From assembly GCA_011109175.1 (NCBI GenBank), contig RDEW01000007.1:1316295-1380294 (forward strand): DNA of 64,000 nt, read 5' to 3'. The notes beneath the pieces were generated by a model. It saw only the letters and a program-made list of their open reading frames with translations, was not told the DNA's origin and did not search any database. This document shows positions 38,980-52,859 of the stretch, in pieces (positions within the stretch are counted from its first letter, which is position 1; every line of letters begins with the position of its first letter). The translations under genes were made by a program, and so were the position numbers. The stretch comes from Dicyema japonicum. Its lineage: Eukaryota; Animalia; Dicyemida.

Positions 38980-40048
38980 ATTTAGAGTATATTGGAGAAC
39001 CCAAACACTAAATTCCTCGTAGAAAAGACGTCTTTGCTAATAAAAAGGAAATATTTCTAACTAAATTATTAACATTACTTTTGTAAAATAAACTGGCTTT
39101 AGTTTAAAAAAAAATAAATATTTGACTCCAAATAACTAGTCGACGATAAAATGATTGCAGAGCTGGTTATTTGAGCGGATCCGCTCGCCATCATGACACT
39201 AAATCCCTATGCGGCCTTTGGTAGCTGTTCTTCAGATAGACAACGTTCATCAATCAAAGTATGATTTTTCTATTGGAAATGAGGTATTTTTAGTGAATAA
39301 ATTTAGATACGAGTTTTAAAAAATTATGATTGACAGGTGAAATGTAACCAGCAGAGGATTCTTACTTGGAAAATTTACAAAAACAAAGATCCATGGAAAG
39401 CTCAACTCTAGGTATCTAATTTCCTTAGTGGTGGAAAAGAAGCCTCTGCATTGGCAAGTCATTCATGACTTTTGACATGCATATGTCATCTTTGCCCCAC
39501 GTTGAAAACGTAATTACTAAGGCAATCAGAAAATTGTAATTTTAAATTGGAAATTGCAAATATTTTTTTTAATTGTAAGAAATTGCATTATGGAAAAATA
39601 AACGAAATCATTTAATGTAATACAAAATAAAATATTCCTAAACAATTTCAGGTTTAAGTTTCGATTTTTAGTAATAATTTTCGTAAAAGAGATATCGCCC
39701 ATTCAACTGAGCTGAGCTTCCGCAATTTTCAATTTGATTAAACTCTATCTCCTTCAAATTCATAGACAATTTTATATTTACTGTAAGATTCTGGGAGTAA
39801 TAGTTGGCGGCTTTTAGTCAGCTTCCCCATCTTGTGACAACAACATGGGGAGGGTTTCCTATTTGTGAGAACATTTTACGTTGTCTTTTGTTCTTCACCG
39901 TGACAGCCGTTAAAGATGAAATCAGGCTATTAACATCTGTGAAGTAGGATTTTATTCTTAGTGTAATAGATATGAAACAAAAGTGACGTGAAAAAGATTT
40001 GGAAATAAAGATTTTTATATTAAATTCAATTAAGTTTCAATTAACGGA

Positions 40049-43000
40049 AAATTTTTAATTTCTTAAGGAAACATGCATGACTTCATGAAAATGATTAACG
40101 AAATAGGATCGATGGTTATCTCCAAGACATATATTGAGAGCGAACCTTGTAAAAAATTATATGTGTGTCTGGTCCATCCAAATATCTTCAGTCCGATAAC
40201 GAGATTTATTTAAGAAATCAGAAATTTCCAAACTTTGGGAAAAATACAATATTATTCAAGTAAATAACATGTTAATGCACAAATTTTTAATTTCTTAAAT
40301 AAACATGCATGACTTCATGAAAATGATTAACGAAATAGATCGATGGTTATCTCCAAGACATATATTGAGAGCGAACCTTGTAAAAAATTATATGTGTGTC
40401 TGGTCCATCCAAATATCTTCAGTCCGATAACGAGATTTATTTAAGAAATCAGAAATTTCCAAACTTTGGCAAAAATACAATATTATTCAAGTAAATAACA
40501 TGTTGATGCACAAATTTTTAATTTTAAAAAAACATGCAAGACTTCATGAAAAATGATTAACGAAATAGGATCGATGGTTATCTCCAAGACATATATTGAG
40601 AGCGAACCTTGTAAAAAATTCTATGTGTGTCTGGTCCATCCAAATATCTTCAGTCCGATAACGAGATTTATTTAAGAATCAGAAATTTCCAAACTTTGGC
40701 AAAAATACAATATTATTCAAGTAAATAACATGTTGATGCACAAATTTTTAATTTCTTAAAAAAACATGCATGACTTCATGAAAATGATTAACGAAATAGG
40801 ATCGATGGTTATCTCCAAGACATATATTGAGAGCGAACCTTGTAAAAAATTCTATGTGTGTCTGGTCCATCCAAATATCTTCAGTCCGATAACGAGATTT
40901 ATTTAAGAAATCAGAAATTTCCAAACTTTGGCAAAAATACAATATTATTCAAGTAAATAACATGTTGATGCACAAATTTTTAATTTCTTAAAAAAACATG
41001 CATGACTTCATGAAAATGATTAACGAAATAGGATCGATGGTTATCTCCAAGACATATATTGAGAGCGAACCTTGTAAAAAATTCTATGTGTGTCTGGTCC
41101 ATCCAAATATCTTCAGTCCGATAACGAGATTTATTTAAGAAATCAGAAATTTCCAAACATTGGCAAAAATACAATATTATTCAAGTAAATAACATGTTGA
41201 TGCACAAATTTTTAATTTCTTAAAGAAACATGCATGACTTCATGAAAATGATTAACGAAATAGGATCGATGGTTATCTCCAAGACATATATTGAGAGCGA
41301 ACCTTGTAAAAAATTTTATGTGTGTCTGGTCCATCCAAATATCTTCAGTCCGATAACGAGATTAATTTAAGAAATCAGAAATTTCCAAACTTTGGCAAAA
41401 ATACAATATTATTCAAGTAAATAATATGTTGAGCACAAATTTTTAATTACTTTAGGAAACATGCATGACTTCATAAAAATGATTAACTAAATTGGATCGA
41501 TGGTTATCTCCATGACATATATTGAGAGCGAACCTTGCAACAAATTCAATGTGTGTCTGGTCCATCCAAATATCTTCAGTCCGATAAAGAGATTAATTTA
41601 AGAAATCAGAAATTTCCAAACTTTGACAAAAATACAATATTATCAAGTAAATAACATGTTAAGCACAAATTTTTAATTACTTAAAAAAAACATGCATGAC
41701 TTCATAAAAATGATGAACGAAATTGAATCGATGGTTATCTCCAAGACATATATTGAGAGCGAACTTGTAAAAAAATTCTATGTGTGTCTGGTCCATCCAA
41801 ATATCTTCAGTCCGATAACGAGATTTATTTAAGAAATCAGAAATTTCCAAACTTTGGCAAAAAATACAATATTATTCAAGTAAATAAACATGTTAATCAC
41901 AAATTTTTAATTTCTTAAAAAAACATGCATGACTTCATAAAAATGATGAACGAAATTGAATCGATGGTTATCTCCAAGACATATATTGAGAGCGAACCTT
42001 GTAAAAATTCTATGTGTGTCTGGTCCATCCAAATATCTTCAGTCCGATAACGAGATTTATTTAAGAAATCAGAAATTTCCAAACTTTGGCAAAAATACAA
42101 TATTATTCAAGTAAATAACATGTTAATCACAAATTTTTAATTTCTTAAGTAAACATGCATGACTTCATAAAAATGATGAACGAAATTGAATCGATGGTTA
42201 TCTCCATCATATATTGAGAGCGAACCTTGCAAAAATTTTATGTGTGTCTGGTCCATCCAAATATCTTCAGTCCGATAACCAGATTTATTTAAGAAATCAG
42301 AAATTTCCAAACTTTGGCAAAAATACAATATTATTCAAGTAAATAACATGTTAATCACAAATTTTTAATTTCTTAAGTAAACATGCATGACTTCATAAAA
42401 ATGATGAACGAAATTGAATCGATGGTTATCTCCAAATCATATATTGAGAGCGAACCTTGCAAAAAATTTTATGTGTGTCTGGTCCATCCAAATATCTTCA
42501 GTCGATAACGAGATTTATTTAAGAAATCAGAAATTTCCAAACTTTGGCAAAAATACAATATTATTCAAGTAAATAACATGTTAATCACAAATTTTTAATT
42601 TCTTAAGTAAACATGCATGACTTCATAAAAATGATGAACGAAATTGAATCGATGGTTATCTCCAAATCATATATTGAGAGCGAACTTGCAAAAATTTTAT
42701 GTGTGTCTGGTCCATCCAAATATCTTCAGTCCGATAACGAGATTTATTTAAGAAATCAGAAATTTCCAAACATTGGCAAAAATACAATATTATTCAAGTA
42801 AATAACATGTTAATCACAAATTTTTAATTTCTTAAAAACATGCATGACTTCATAAAAATGATTAACGAAATAGATCGATGGTTATCTCCAAAGACATATA
42901 TTGAGAGCGAACCTTGTAAAAAATTCTATGTGTGTCTGGTCCATCCAAATATCTTCAGTCCGATAACGAGATTATTTAAGAAATCAGAAATTTCCAAACT

Positions 43001-46000
43001 TTGGCAAAAATACAATATTATTCAAGTAAATAACATGTTATCACAAATTTTTAATTTCTTAAAAACATGCATGACTTCATGAAAATGATTAACGAAATAG
43101 ATCGATGGTTATCTCCAAGACATATATTGAGAGCGAACCTTGTAAAAAATTTATGTGTGTCTGGTCCATCCAAATATCTTCAGTCCGATAACGAGATTTA
43201 TTTAAGAAATCAGAAATTTCCAAACTTTGGCAAAATACAATATTATTCAAGTAAATAACATGTTGATGCACAAATTTTTAATTTCTTAAAAACATGCATG
43301 ACTTCATAAAATGATAAACGAAATAGGATCGATGGTTATCTCCATGACATATATTGAGAGGGAACCTTGCAAAAAATTTTATGTGTGTCTGGTCCATCCA
43401 AATATCTTCAGTCCGATAACGAGATTAATTTAAGAAATCAGAAATTTCCAAACTTTGGCAAAAATACAATATTATTCAAGTAAATAACATGTTAATCACA
43501 AATTTTAATTTCTTAAGTAAACATGCATGACTTCATAAAAATGATGAACGAAATTGGATCGATGGTTATCTCCATGACATATATTGAGAGGGAACCTTGC
43601 AAGAAATTTTATGTGTGTCTGGTCCATCCAAATATCTTCAGTCCGATAACGAGATTAATTTAAGAAATCAGAAATTTCCAAACTTTGGCAAAAATACAAT
43701 ATTATTCAAGTAAATAACATGTTAATCACAAATTTTTAATTTCTTAAGTAAACATGCATGACTTCATAAAAATGATGAACGAAATAGGATCGATGGTTAT
43801 CTCCATGACATATATTGAGAGCGAACCTTGCAAAAAATTTTATGTGTGTCTGGTCCATCCAAATATCTTCAGTCCGATAACGAGATTATTTAAGAAATCA
43901 GAAATTTCCAAACTTTGGCAAAAATACAATATTATTCAAGTAAATAACATGTTAATCTCAAATTTTTAATTTCTTAAGAAAACATGCATGACTTCATAAA
44001 AACGATAAACGAAATTGATCGATGGTTATCTCCATGACATATATTGAGAGGGAACCTTGCAAGAAATTTTATGTGTGTCTGGTCCATCCAAATATCTTCA
44101 GTCCGATAACGAGATTAATTTAAGAAATCAGAAATTTCCAAACTTTGGCAAAAATACAATATTATTCAAGTAAATAACATGTTAATCACAAATTTTTAAT
44201 TTCTTAAGTAAACATGCATGACTCATAAAAATGATGAACGAAATAGGATCGATGGTTATCTCCATGACATATATTGAGAGCGAACCTTGCAAAAAATTTT
44301 ATGTGTGTCTGGTCCATCCAAATATCTTCAGTCCGATAACGAGATTTATTTAAGAAATCAGAAATTTCCAAACATTGGCAAAAATACAATATTATTCAAG
44401 TAAATAACATGTTAATCACAAATTTTTAATTTCTTAAGTAAACATGCATGACTTCATAAAAATGATGAACGAAATTGAATCGATGGTTATCTCCAAATCA
44501 TATATTGAGAGCGAACCTTGCAAAAAATTTTATGTGTGTCTGGTCCATCCAAATATCTTCAGTCCGATAACCAGATTTATTTAAGAAATCAGAAATTTCC
44601 AAACTTGGCAAAAATACAATATTATTCAAGTAAATAACATGTTATGCACAAATTTTTAATTTCTTAAAAACATGCATGACTTCATGAAAATGATTAACGA
44701 AATAGGATCGATGGTTATCTCCAAGACATATATTGAGAGCGAACCTTGTAAAAAATTCTATGTGTGTCTGGTCCATCCAAATATCTTCAGTCCGATAACG
44801 AGATTTATTTAAGAAATCAGAATTTCCAAAACTTTGGCAAAAATACAATATTATTCAAGTAAAAACATGTTGATGCACAAATTTTTAATTTCTTAAAAAA
44901 AATGCATGACTTCATAAAAATGATGAACGAAATTGACTCGATGGTTATCTCCAAGAATATATTGAGAGCGAACCTTGTAAAAAAATTCTATGTTGTGTCT
45001 GGTCCATGCCAAATATCTTCAGTCCGATAACGAGATTTATTTAAGAAATCAGAAATTTCCAAACTTTGGCAAAAATACAATATTATTCAAGTAAATAACA
45101 TGTTAATCACATTTTTAATTTCTTAAGTAAACATGCATGACTTCATAAAAATGATGAACGAAATTGAATCGATGGTTATCTCCAAGACATATATTGAGAG
45201 CGAACCTTGTAAAAAATTCTAATGTGTGTCTGGTCCATCCAAATATCTTCATCCGATAACGAGATTTTATTTAAGAATCAGAAATTTCCAAACTTTGGCA
45301 AAAATACAATATTATTCAAGTAAATAACATGTTAATCACAAATTTTAATTTCTTAAGGAAACAATGTATGACTTTGTAAAATGATTAACGAATAGGATCG
45401 AATGTTTTCTCCATGACACATAGTGAAAGGCGAACCTTGCAAAAAATTTTATGTGTGTCTGGTCCATCCAAATATCTTCAGTCCGATAACGAGATTAATT
45501 TAAGAAATCAGAAATTTCCAAACATTGGCAAAAAATACAATATTATTCAAGTAAATAACATGTTAATCACAAAATTTTTAATTTCTTAAGGAAACATGTA
45601 TGACTTTGTAAAAATGATTAACGAAATAGGATCGAATGTTTTCTACATGACACATAGTGAAAGCGAACCATGCAAGAAATTTTATGTGTGTCTGGTCCAT
45701 CCAAATATCTTCAAGTCCGATAAACGAGATTAATTTAAGAAATCAGAAAATTTCCAAACATTGGCAAAAATACAATATTATTCAAGTAAATAACATGTTA
45801 ATGCACAAATTTTTAATTTCTTAAAAAACATGCATGACTTCATAAAAATGATGAAACGAAATGAATCGATGGTTATCTCCAAGACATATATTGAGAGCGA
45901 ACCTTGTAAAAAATTCTATGTGTGTCTGGTCCATCCAAATATCTTCAGTCCGATAACGAGATTTATTTAAGAAATCAGAAATTTCCAAACTTTGGCAAAA

Positions 46001-46587
46001 ATACAATATTATTCAAGTAAATAACATGTTAATCACAAATTTTTAATTTCTTAAATAAACATGCATGACTTCATAAAAATGATGAACGAAATTGAATCGA
46101 TGGTTATCTCCAAGACATATATTGAGAGCGAACCTTGTAAAAAATTCTATGTGTGTCTGGTCCATCCAAATATCTTCAGTCCGATAACGAGATTTATTTA
46201 AGAAATCAGAAATTTCCAAACTTTGACAAAAATACAATATTATTCAAGTAAATAACATGTTAATCACAAATTTTTAATTTCTTTAGTAAACATGCATGAC
46301 TTCATAAAAATGATTATCGAAATAGGATCGATGGTTATCTCCAAGACATATATTGAGAGCGAACCTTGTAAAAAATTTTATGTGTGTCTGGTCCATCCAA
46401 ATATCTTCAGTCCGATAACCAGATTTATTTAAGAAATCAGAAATTTCCAAACTTTGGGAAGATTACAATATTATTCAAGTAAATAACATGTTGATGCACA
46501 AATTTTTAATTTCTTAAGGAAACATGCATGACTTCATGAAAATGATTAACGAAATTGGATCGTTGGTTATCTTCTATGACACATAGT
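40049..46587. repeat. Tandem satellite array, ~231-bp unit, about 28 full copies plus a partial copy
   Basis: ACATGCATGACTTCAT... recurs at 40071, 40303, 40532, 40764, 40996 and so on to 46522. Copies are highly similar, with small indels and diagnostic variants. Confidence 0.98.
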
Positions 46588-49254
46588 ATGAGTTTTTGAT
46601 TTATATGTTGAATAATAGACTAGATCATCGAGGCTTTTCAAAAAAACTTGAGTAAATTAACAGTGGAGAAAATTTGCTCATTAGATCTCCAAGCTTCGGA
46701 TACGACTTAATTTGGATTACATATTTTTGATCCTGCTTCATATTTTGTTTCTGTTGGTAATGTTGTGAAGCAATTATATTCACATCCATACGACCTGTCC
46801 AGTATAATCTGCGAATACTATAGGAATTACATCACATGGTACCTCAAAAGTTGAACGGAGGGACCATATTCCCAGGTTAATGTTGTCAACAATATACCTT
46901 TCAATTTTTATGGAAGGATACTTTCGCCGTATGCCAAGAGGAGACTGTCCTTTGCTAATCTCAGGAACATCTTTGATTTTTCCTCTTCTACCTTCTCACC
47001 AATCAGAGAAAGAAATCGACCACATATGGTCATTCACAAGACTTAATAGTGTTCGTCTTCGGTGTCTCTCTTTGCTTCGTAGATGAGGATGTACTCGAGT
47101 ATATCGATAAGGAGTACGTCTCTGCGCACAGGATCCACTCTTCAAAAGTGAGGGGGGCCCCGATAAAGTTGTTTCGGTAGTATTTTAAACAGCTGATACA
47201 AAATCGAATATGGAATCCAAGAGAATATAAAAAAACAACTGCTTCTTGAATACAAAAAATATATAAAAACAACGGCTTCTTGAAGAAAAATCACATAGTG
47301 AAGAACAATCAATATTTATGAGTTACCTAAATATCTAGATATTAAACATTTTGATAACAGTCTTCAACACTACATGATATATCCAATAATATATTAATAG
47401 AATATCAAAGAAAATACATCCATATGATAAAACAAATAACACACAACAACCACTACAACCACTACAACGTGCGAACTTAACGCTAAATGTATTATAAGGT
47501 TCGCCATATTATAAAACAATTTTTAAGAATAAATAAATATTAAATTAATCTTGATAAGTCAAAATTTGGTGTTAATTATTCAGAACACCGAGAAAAGATG
47601 CGAAGACTGTTGAAGGATAAGACTAATTGATGCAGCGTTTCTTGGTTGAAGTGTGACCTCCCTTTTTTCACAATGTCTTATACACACCCTGGAGAACTCG
47701 TGCTAATGGCATTCAATTCGGCAAGCATATGTTCAGAAATGAGAATTCCTAACAGTACTGCACGTGATAAGAATGGCTTCCGTTTGATAAGCCAGTTTTT
47801 CCATATATTTGAGGTCCTTCATTATGTGCCTCATTGACAGGTATCTCATCTGCAATCTCTCCATATCCTAATACGCCTAGTTGCTCATTTAAATCACAGC
47901 GTCTAATCTAAATCCCACACACATTATAAGGTCTCCAAGCGAACAGGTTAGGAATGGCGATACGTGGAGTCCAAATCACTGTTGGTGTTAAATAATCAGA
48001 CTGGTTCTATCTTCTCCTTCGTCACTTGTAAGGAGTGCCTTAACTGATGGAGGGTATCATTTCCAAACATAGATTCTATAAAACAGCCCTCGTTTTTCAC
48101 AATATAAAAAATCAAATATTCAAAAGTAGTACATTTTTAAACAGGCCATTATAAGACCAGAGATTGCTTATTACTATTCAATAAGCAATTACTATATCAT
48201 AAGGAGCGTATGGAATTAGACTGAGAAGAACAAGTTGAAATTATTCCTTCGGCAGAATATAAAGGAGTTGTTGGACTCGACTTTCGTTATTACATTCTCG
48301 ACCTCGGCCTGTTCTGTCCTGCTGATATAAATTATCTTGCTGGTCTTAGGATTATTCACTAATAGATAATGTCTCTTCTGATCAGTTTAGTGAAAAATTG
48401 ATGGATATGGGCTTTCCTACAAACCATGTACATAAACTGTGTTCTGTTTTCAGGTCAATAATATTTAAGACATAAAAAGAGGTCTTAAAATCAGACAGGT
48501 CAAGGAAGTCGATTTCAGATATGATCATTCTGAATGCTTAAAATAAGCTCTTAAAACAATCGCTCCCTTTATGAATCAGATCTGAAATTTGGGTTCAAAT
48601 CTGACTTTTACTGTGTTGAGGTACGGCTTTAATTACAATACTAGACATCTGTGATCGCTCCGCGTGCACATGGTCTAGCTCCTGCGGAGAGCCTGTCACG
48701 AGCTTCGATTATTTGACAAACGACGCTGAGTCTCTTTTGGACCTCCACAGCCCGGACTTGTTGTGACGTGTCCTCAATTCGGTTAACCGACTGCTATGAT
48801 GTTCTGCTGATTTTCATCTCGCATGTGCTCAGTAGACTTGAAATAAGTATTTTATTATTGCATTTGTAAAAAGAGTGTTTAAATAAGCAGTTTAAAAAAA
48901 TCAAATATTGATTTTTTACCAACGTGGGGTGTCTCTATTGTCCCCCATCTCCGGGATCTTGTATTAGTGCTTAGAAATGATTAAAGTGGAAAATTTTTGA
49001 AATTATCATTGAAGATCAAAAGCGAAACCATAAACAATGTTTACTGGTAGCGCGGATGTGCTCTAACTTACTAACTTACATTGCAGGTGACTACTTGACA
49101 AGATGATATTGATCGAAATTTTCAGAAACTCAAATTCTTCATATTGGTTAACTTACTTTTCGGCTATGTTTTATTTGTTCAAAACTTTTTTTAATTAAAA
49201 TCCGTTCATTTATTTGCGAGTTATGGTCTTTTATTTTTTTAATTGCTTGCGGTC

Positions 49255-49376
49255 AAAGGGTTTGACGAGTGACGCTGTCATCATCGTTTCATTATTGCAG
49301 GATTGGATTGTCTTGTGCGACTCACACACAAGTAGAAGAAAAAGAACGAGAAGTCGAGAAAATTTTCAATGTCTTA
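49255..49376 (+). mobile_element. tRNA-derived SINE, 5'-truncated copy 3
   Basis: GTTTGACGAGTGACGCTGTCATCA...GGATTG...CACACACAAG...AACGAGAAG...TTTCAATGTCTT is collinear with copy 1. Confidence 0.65.
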
Positions 49377-50269
49377 AATATTCCATGGATTAATTAGCAT
49401 GACTTTTTCCGGCGAACTACATCTCTCACATAAAAGCTAAATAAAATGTGGAAAATTTACTTTTGTAACAAAATTTGCTGTAATATGTATTAAAAAGTAA
49501 GAATCGTTAGATTTTTATTTTTTGTTAAAGAAATCTGTTATTTTGTTATTGCTCAATATCTGCTTTAAATATTTTTATAGTTTAATAACATTTTCAAGGG
49601 TTTCTTGTTTGACTACATTAAGAAGCGTTGTAAAAGCACGTTCCGTATCTTATGACTTCTTCATACTCTAAATGTTCCACAAGTGTCTCGCTGCTATCTT
49701 CTTTATATCTGCTATGATCATCATAAAATGTCTCCAAAGTTATATTTTCCACAGTATCCTGATTAATTGGGCTGTTATCGTTAACATTTTGTTATAGTGT
49801 CATAAAGTTAATTTCCAATACCTTTTCAAAGCAATTTCGTATTGCTGATTTATTTCGTCCCAGGCCAATTTTGAAATGATATTGCATATTGTGATCCCTT
49901 TTATAGCTTCATCCATTTGAGCTACAGGATTTTTAATTTTTTCATTAAATTAATTTTTAAACGCTTTTATTATCCTTCGAAATTCTTTATTTCGAACATC
50001 GGGTTTCTGGTGTTCAAGGAAAAAATGGCTTTCAAAAAGTAGACATTTCGTCAATAGAGGAATGTCACTATCTTAGCCATCCTGTCAAGTTACTAGCAAG
50101 TTGGAAGTCCTGGTAAATTGGCAGTCAGTATTTTTCTTTCATTGGTGGAATTCTGATTACTTAGGACGCCTATTACTCCTATTGAATGACAAAAGTTGAT
50201 TTTTGTTTAAAATTTTACAACTTCAAATCTCTGGACACCATTGAAAATCAAATGAAAGGATATCTAAAT

Positions 50270-52790
50270 ACAGTCACTGAGGAATTGACGGACAAGCCCA
50301 GACCACCAAGTAAATAGAGGAGCAGATCTGTGCCAAGATTGCTTGGAGACAGACTGAGCTGGAAGCACTGGAGGGGCACATAAGTAGTGTGGCGAGAGGG
50401 GATAAAGGAAAAGCACCGGCTATAGTAAAGGGGCTAATTAGTAAACTCCGTGTTCCCAAATGGGACCTCAAAAGAGTTGAGGAGGGCAAAGGTGGAGTTA
50501 GAGGGGACAATAATGGTGTATAAGAGGAAACTCTATACAGATGAAAGTCGGTGTAGGAAGAAGGAGAGAAAATAATCTGTTTGAGTTTAATCGCAGATTG
50601 TTTTACCGTCGCCTATACGAAAATGGCCATAGTGTATGTTCCCAGCAGGACGCGGAAATGCTTTCCACATGGGGTTATCGACCGATAACCTGCATGCCAA
50701 CCCTGTATAAACTGATGACCAAATTGGTGGCTAATGAGATCAGGAGCTTTGTAGAAGCAAATGGGATTCTCTCCGAGAATCAGTTGGGTACTGTGCGAAA
50801 TTGTCAGGGGGCAAAAGAGCAGGCTTTGATCAACAAATGCCTTTCTGTGTCTCACGGAAACTCACTTTTGTCTATGTGGGTGGATGTGAAGAAGGCTTAC
50901 GATTCAGTTGATCATTCTTACCTTGTCGAGTGCTTACACAGTCTGTGTATACCTGTGTGGTTCATCAGCTTTGTAGTGGCTGTGATGAATAGGTGGAGTA
51001 TTCATCTGAACTATAATAGGCACCGGATAAGCGAGGTAAAACTCAAGAGAGGGATTCTTCAGGGAGATAGCATGTCTCAGCTGCTCTTTGTTCTTTGTTT
51101 GGAGCCATTGAGTCGCCGTCTCAATGACCGGTTTGAGCAAATACCTGTTTATTGTGAAGGGGATTTGTTTCAGTACAAATCACCTTCTTTCTATCAATGA
51201 CTTGAAGATGTATGCTTGAACAGCCGAGGAGCTCTACTCCATGGGAGTCTGTGCCAGGGAATTCTTTGAGAGTATAGGACTAGATTTGAATTATTCAAAG
51301 TCTGCGACTAACACGCAAGTATGTAGCGAGTTAGTAAGAGTCCTAGAGGAACATTAAAGATATAAGTATCTGGGTGTTACCGAATCTCCAAAGTCCCTTA
51401 TAATGCCTGAGACAAAGCGACAAATTACTGAAGGCATTCGTAAAAGAGCAGCGTTATTGTGCAAGACGTCTCTAAATGCAAGGAATTTGTTCCTAGCATT
51501 AAATGAGTATGCTGTCTCGCTGCTAAACTACTACATAGGTGTTGTGGAGTTTGAGCCCAAAGAGTATGATGAGATGGATGTTATGATCCGTGGAGTACTC
51601 AGAGAGAACCATGTCCATGTGTTGGCAGCCAATAAGGAGAGACTATATTTACCCCGTGATAAATTCGGCCGTGGACTGTGTGGAGTAGTCCAACTAAGTG
51701 AGCGTATCCTAATGCGAATGCACGACACCCTGATAGCTGGGTCAAGTGTGTCTGCTAGGAAGCACGCCATAATAACGACCGAGAAAACACGGGCAACCCA
51801 CCTAGGCACTATCAGACCTTTTTTGTCTGCTAAGTATGGTGTTGATGATGGTGGGCTAGTAAATGTGAAGGCGTTGATCGAATTACAATATAATAATTTG
51901 ATGGAAAAGATCAACTTAAAAAGCCTTCATAAGGTCCTCTTCAGAGCATTGGACAACCCACATGTCGACCTTAAGTCGTCGACAATATGGCTAAAATACG
52001 GTGACAACTCACCTCGATCGGAGGCGTTGTACACGTATATGCAAGACCGCAATATTTTTTGGGGTCGATCAACAAATACATGTCCCCACTGTAAGTCAAG
52101 GAGCATGTCGGTTGATCATTTAGCCACTCGATGTGGATCCATGCTCTGCCACGACTATGTGTGGAGGCACAACGAGGTAGTAAGGAGTCTTCATCTTCTA
52201 CTATGCAATAAGTATGGTATTCGCCACACCAGAAAGTTGCGGACTCATAAGGTGCAATCTGTAGTAGAGAACACCAGGGTCCAAATTAAGGTAGACAGTG
52301 TTATCCGTACCTCGGTGCTAGTCAAGCACAATAAACCGGACATTGTGGTACACGATAAGGAGTCTGGCCAAGTCCTTATCATAGAAGTTGGCATCACGTC
52401 TCAAGACCGTTTGCAGACTGTGGAGGTGGAGAAAAAAAGGAAGTATGACTTTCTTGCAAACGAGATGGGGCAGATGCTTGGTTGCAAGGTCCTCGTTATT
52501 TCTATAGTAATGACGTGGGAAGGAATTGCAACAAAGTACCACAAGGGTTATCTGAAGCAGTTGGGGGTAGATAGGAAGCTCCAGGCCTATCTACAGTCCA
52601 CTGTGTTAAAGCGGACCCTAGAGAGCTTGACACTGGAGTATAGGAGGCAGAGCCCTGAGATGCCATATGGGCAGAGGGTTCAATTTGATAAGGCGCTCTC
52701 GGAGTTGTTTCAGCAACCAGAATCGAACCTGCCTGAGGAGGCTGGCGAACAGGCAGGAGAGGAAGGTTGTTAATAAATATATTAACTTTT
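50270..52790 (+). mobile_element. R4/Dong-like RLE non-LTR retrotransposon (RT, CCHC and RLE), frameshifted with internal deletion
   Basis: RPITCMPTLYKL, WVDVKKAYDSV, RGILQGDSMS; CPHC...HLATRC; HNEVVR; KPDIVV...IEVGIT...EKKRKY. Confidence 0.9.
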
Positions 52791-52859
52791 TTATTGTTTG
52801 TTAAATAAAGTGACTGGGTTTATAATTTTAAATATATTTTTGTAAAAACGTGAAATTTT

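Noticed and set aside
40049-46587. CRISPR array, or a tandem family of small proteins (repeated 60-80 aa ORFs)
   Set aside because: The units are contiguous with no unique spacers and no cas genes. Frequent indels break the ORFs at random, so they are by-products of the repeat.
40049-46587. Spliced-leader RNA gene array (minus-strand ATTTTTG followed by a CCAAAGTTTGG hairpin)
   Set aside because: The Sm-like site has non-consensus flanks. The only plausible donor (AAG/GTTCG) is about 125 nt upstream, and no convincing leader stem-loop was found.
46600-48850. Additional host genes between the satellite and the R4-like element
   Set aside because: Coding-like fragments and candidate tiny introns exist on the minus strand, but I could not build a consistent model or recognise a family.
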